NCBI GenBank assembly: GCA_965238175.1
Contig: CBDEGZ010000003.1
Coordinates: forward strand, 1,568,001 to 1,632,000
DNA from: Gammaproteobacteria bacterium
GTDB taxonomy: Bacteria; Pseudomonadota; Gammaproteobacteria; CAJXQU01
Reading direction: 5' to 3'
Length of the DNA: 64,000 bases
The notes beneath the pieces are model-generated. The model was given only the letters and a program-made list of their open reading frames with translations. It ran no database searches and was not told the origin of the DNA. This document shows positions 62,518 through 64,000 of the stretch, piece after piece. Numbering within the stretch: the stretch's first letter is position 1; every line of letters begins with the position of its first letter. The position numbers were made by a program, and so were the translations under genes.

Positions 62518-62552
62518 TATGAGTATAGAAATATGAGTATAGAAATATGAGT
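62518..62552. repeat. 14-bp tandem repeat (2.5 copies)
   Basis: TATGAGTATAGAAA twice, then TATGAGT. Confidence 0.85.
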
Positions 62553-62583
62553 TATATAGATTTAAAGCAATTGGGGATGTAAT

Positions 62584-63750
62584 TTGAAAATTAGTTTGAT
62601 TATACCCTCTTTTTATCCTGCTACAGCTTATGGTGGTCCAATATTCTCCAGTTTGCATGCGTGTGAATCTTTAGCTGAGCTTGGTGATAATGAAGTGTGT
62701 GTTTCAACAACAAATGCCAATATGACGTCAAAGCTTGATGTTAAAAAAAACATATGGATTAGGTTTAAACATAATTTTTTTGTGAAGTACTATGACGAAA
62801 CTTTCGTAGATAAAGTCTCCTTATCATTATTTTTATACGTCTGGAAAGATATAAGGAATGCTGACGTAATACATATACAAGGTATCTTTAGTACACCGAC
62901 ACCAATTTCACTTATATATTCAAAAATTTTTCGTAAACCTGTTTTATTGTCACCAAGAGGCTCCTTTTGTATGTGGGGATTGGATCAGGGAAGTAAATTT
63001 AAATCATTATGGATGCGCTTTTTAATACAACCATTCAGTAAATATATTTTTTGGCATGCTACAAGTGAATATGAGAAAAGAGATATTCTTAATCAATTTC
63101 CTAAGGCTAAAGTGTTCGTTGTTACCAATGGTATAAATCTAAAATCATACTCAAAGATCAATTATCTTGAAAAATCCGTATACGTAAAAAAATATGCAGG
63201 TGAAAATATATTGCCTACTAAGATTATCGTATCAATGGGTAGAATTCATAAAGTAAAAGGCTTCGATATCCTGGTCGAATCTTTCGCGGGAATATTGTCC
63301 CTTCATGCAAATGCCTTATTGTTCATAGCGGGTAAAGATGTTGGTGAACAAATGAAAATTGAACAATTAATTACAGATAATGGGTTGGAAAATAAAGTAT
63401 TCTTTGTTGGCGAATTATCTGGGCAGGACAAAATAGATTTTTTAGCGAATGCGGACCTATTTGCACTACCATCACATACTGAAAACTTTGGGAATGTTTA
63501 CTTGGAAAGTTTAGCATCAGGTACACCTATAGTAGCGAGTACTGGTACACCGTGGTCAAATGTTGAAAACGCTGATTGTGGTAAATGGGTAGAAAATACT
63601 GTTGAAAAAACAAGTAAAGCAATTTTAGAAATGTTAGAACAGGATAGAAAGAAAATGAGAGTAACTTCTAAGAAATTTTCCGAACAATATGATTGGCAAA
63701 ATATTGCTGTTCAATTTAGGAATGTTTTTGGAAAGATGATAAAAAAATAA
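62584..63750 (+). CDS. Glycosyltransferase family 4
   Basis: PATAYGGP, GRIHKVKG and ENFGNVYLES motifs; TTG start. Confidence 0.92.
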   Translation: MKISLIIPSFYPATAYGGPIFSSLHACESLAELGDNEVCVSTTNANMTSKLDVKKNIWIRFKHNFFVKYYDETFVDKVSLSLFLYVWKDIRNADVIHIQGIFSTPTPISLIYSKIFRKPVLLSPRGSFCMWGLDQGSKFKSLWMRFLIQPFSKYIFWHATSEYEKRDILNQFPKAKVFVVTNGINLKSYSKINYLEKSVYVKKYAGENILPTKIIVSMGRIHKVKGFDILVESFAGILSLHANALLFIAGKDVGEQMKIEQLITDNGLENKVFFVGELSGQDKIDFLANADLFALPSHTENFGNVYLESLASGTPIVASTGTPWSNVENADCGKWVENTVEKTSKAILEMLEQDRKKMRVTSKKFSEQYDWQNIAVQFRNVFGKMIKK

Positions 63751-63777
63751 CTTTAATATTGATTGATGGGAAGGGAA

Positions 63778-64000
63778 ATGTCAAACCATAATGAGTTCGT
63801 TAACCCTAAGCTGCCAATAACAGCCATTATCATGACCTATAATGAGGAAAGAAACCTAAGAGTATGTATAGAGTCAATTAAAGATTATGTGGATGATATC
63901 ATTATTGTAGATTCTGTCTCTAACGATGCGACAAGAGAGATTGCTGAGGAGTTCACAAAGAAATTTTATCAAAATAAATTTATTAATCAGGCTAAACAAT
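63778..64000 (+). CDS. Glycosyltransferase family 2, partial (runs out of the window)
   Basis: ITAIIMTYNEERNLRVCIESI...IIIVDSVSNDAT. Confidence 0.85.
   Translation, partial: MSNHNEFVNPKLPITAIIMTYNEERNLRVCIESIKDYVDDIIIVDSVSNDATREIAEEFTKKFYQNKFINQAKQ

Overview
This is a 64-kb chromosomal window from a low-GC gammaproteobacterium; the exact taxon cannot be read from the sequence. A housekeeping backbone (gph/mupP, ubiG, acuI, leuCD, xerD, rpsF-rpsR-rplI-dnaB-alr-radA, mtaP, hpt, ndh, an RND efflux operon, clpAS, aceA, comEA) is interrupted by four accessory zones. (1) About 2-10.3 kb is a polymorphic-toxin immunity 'graveyard'. It holds Imm44- and Imm12-like genes, a decayed Rhs tip with a GIY-YIG-like motif, KptA and acyl-CoA synthetase remnants, and an intact IS110/IS1111 element whose bridge/seek-RNA guides match its own reconstructed target. 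(2) About 27.9-29.5 kb is an integrase-less gene-cassette locus with two genuine integron-type cassettes, one attC site and two 83%-identical 140-bp attI-like units. (3) A vapBC pair lies beside a tyrosine-recombinase remnant. (4) From 48 kb onward is an exosortase-linked polysaccharide cluster with at least five lesions, including an IS3 insertion. Other oddities are ribosomal protein S6 with an extra C-terminal domain, a large secreted HzsA-like beta-propeller gene behind a perfect CRP box, an FHA-adenylate cyclase/PP2C pair in the ubiG operon, and three ERIC-like MITEs. I saw no rRNA, tRNA or CRISPR array. Family assignments come from motif recognition by eye, not database searches.
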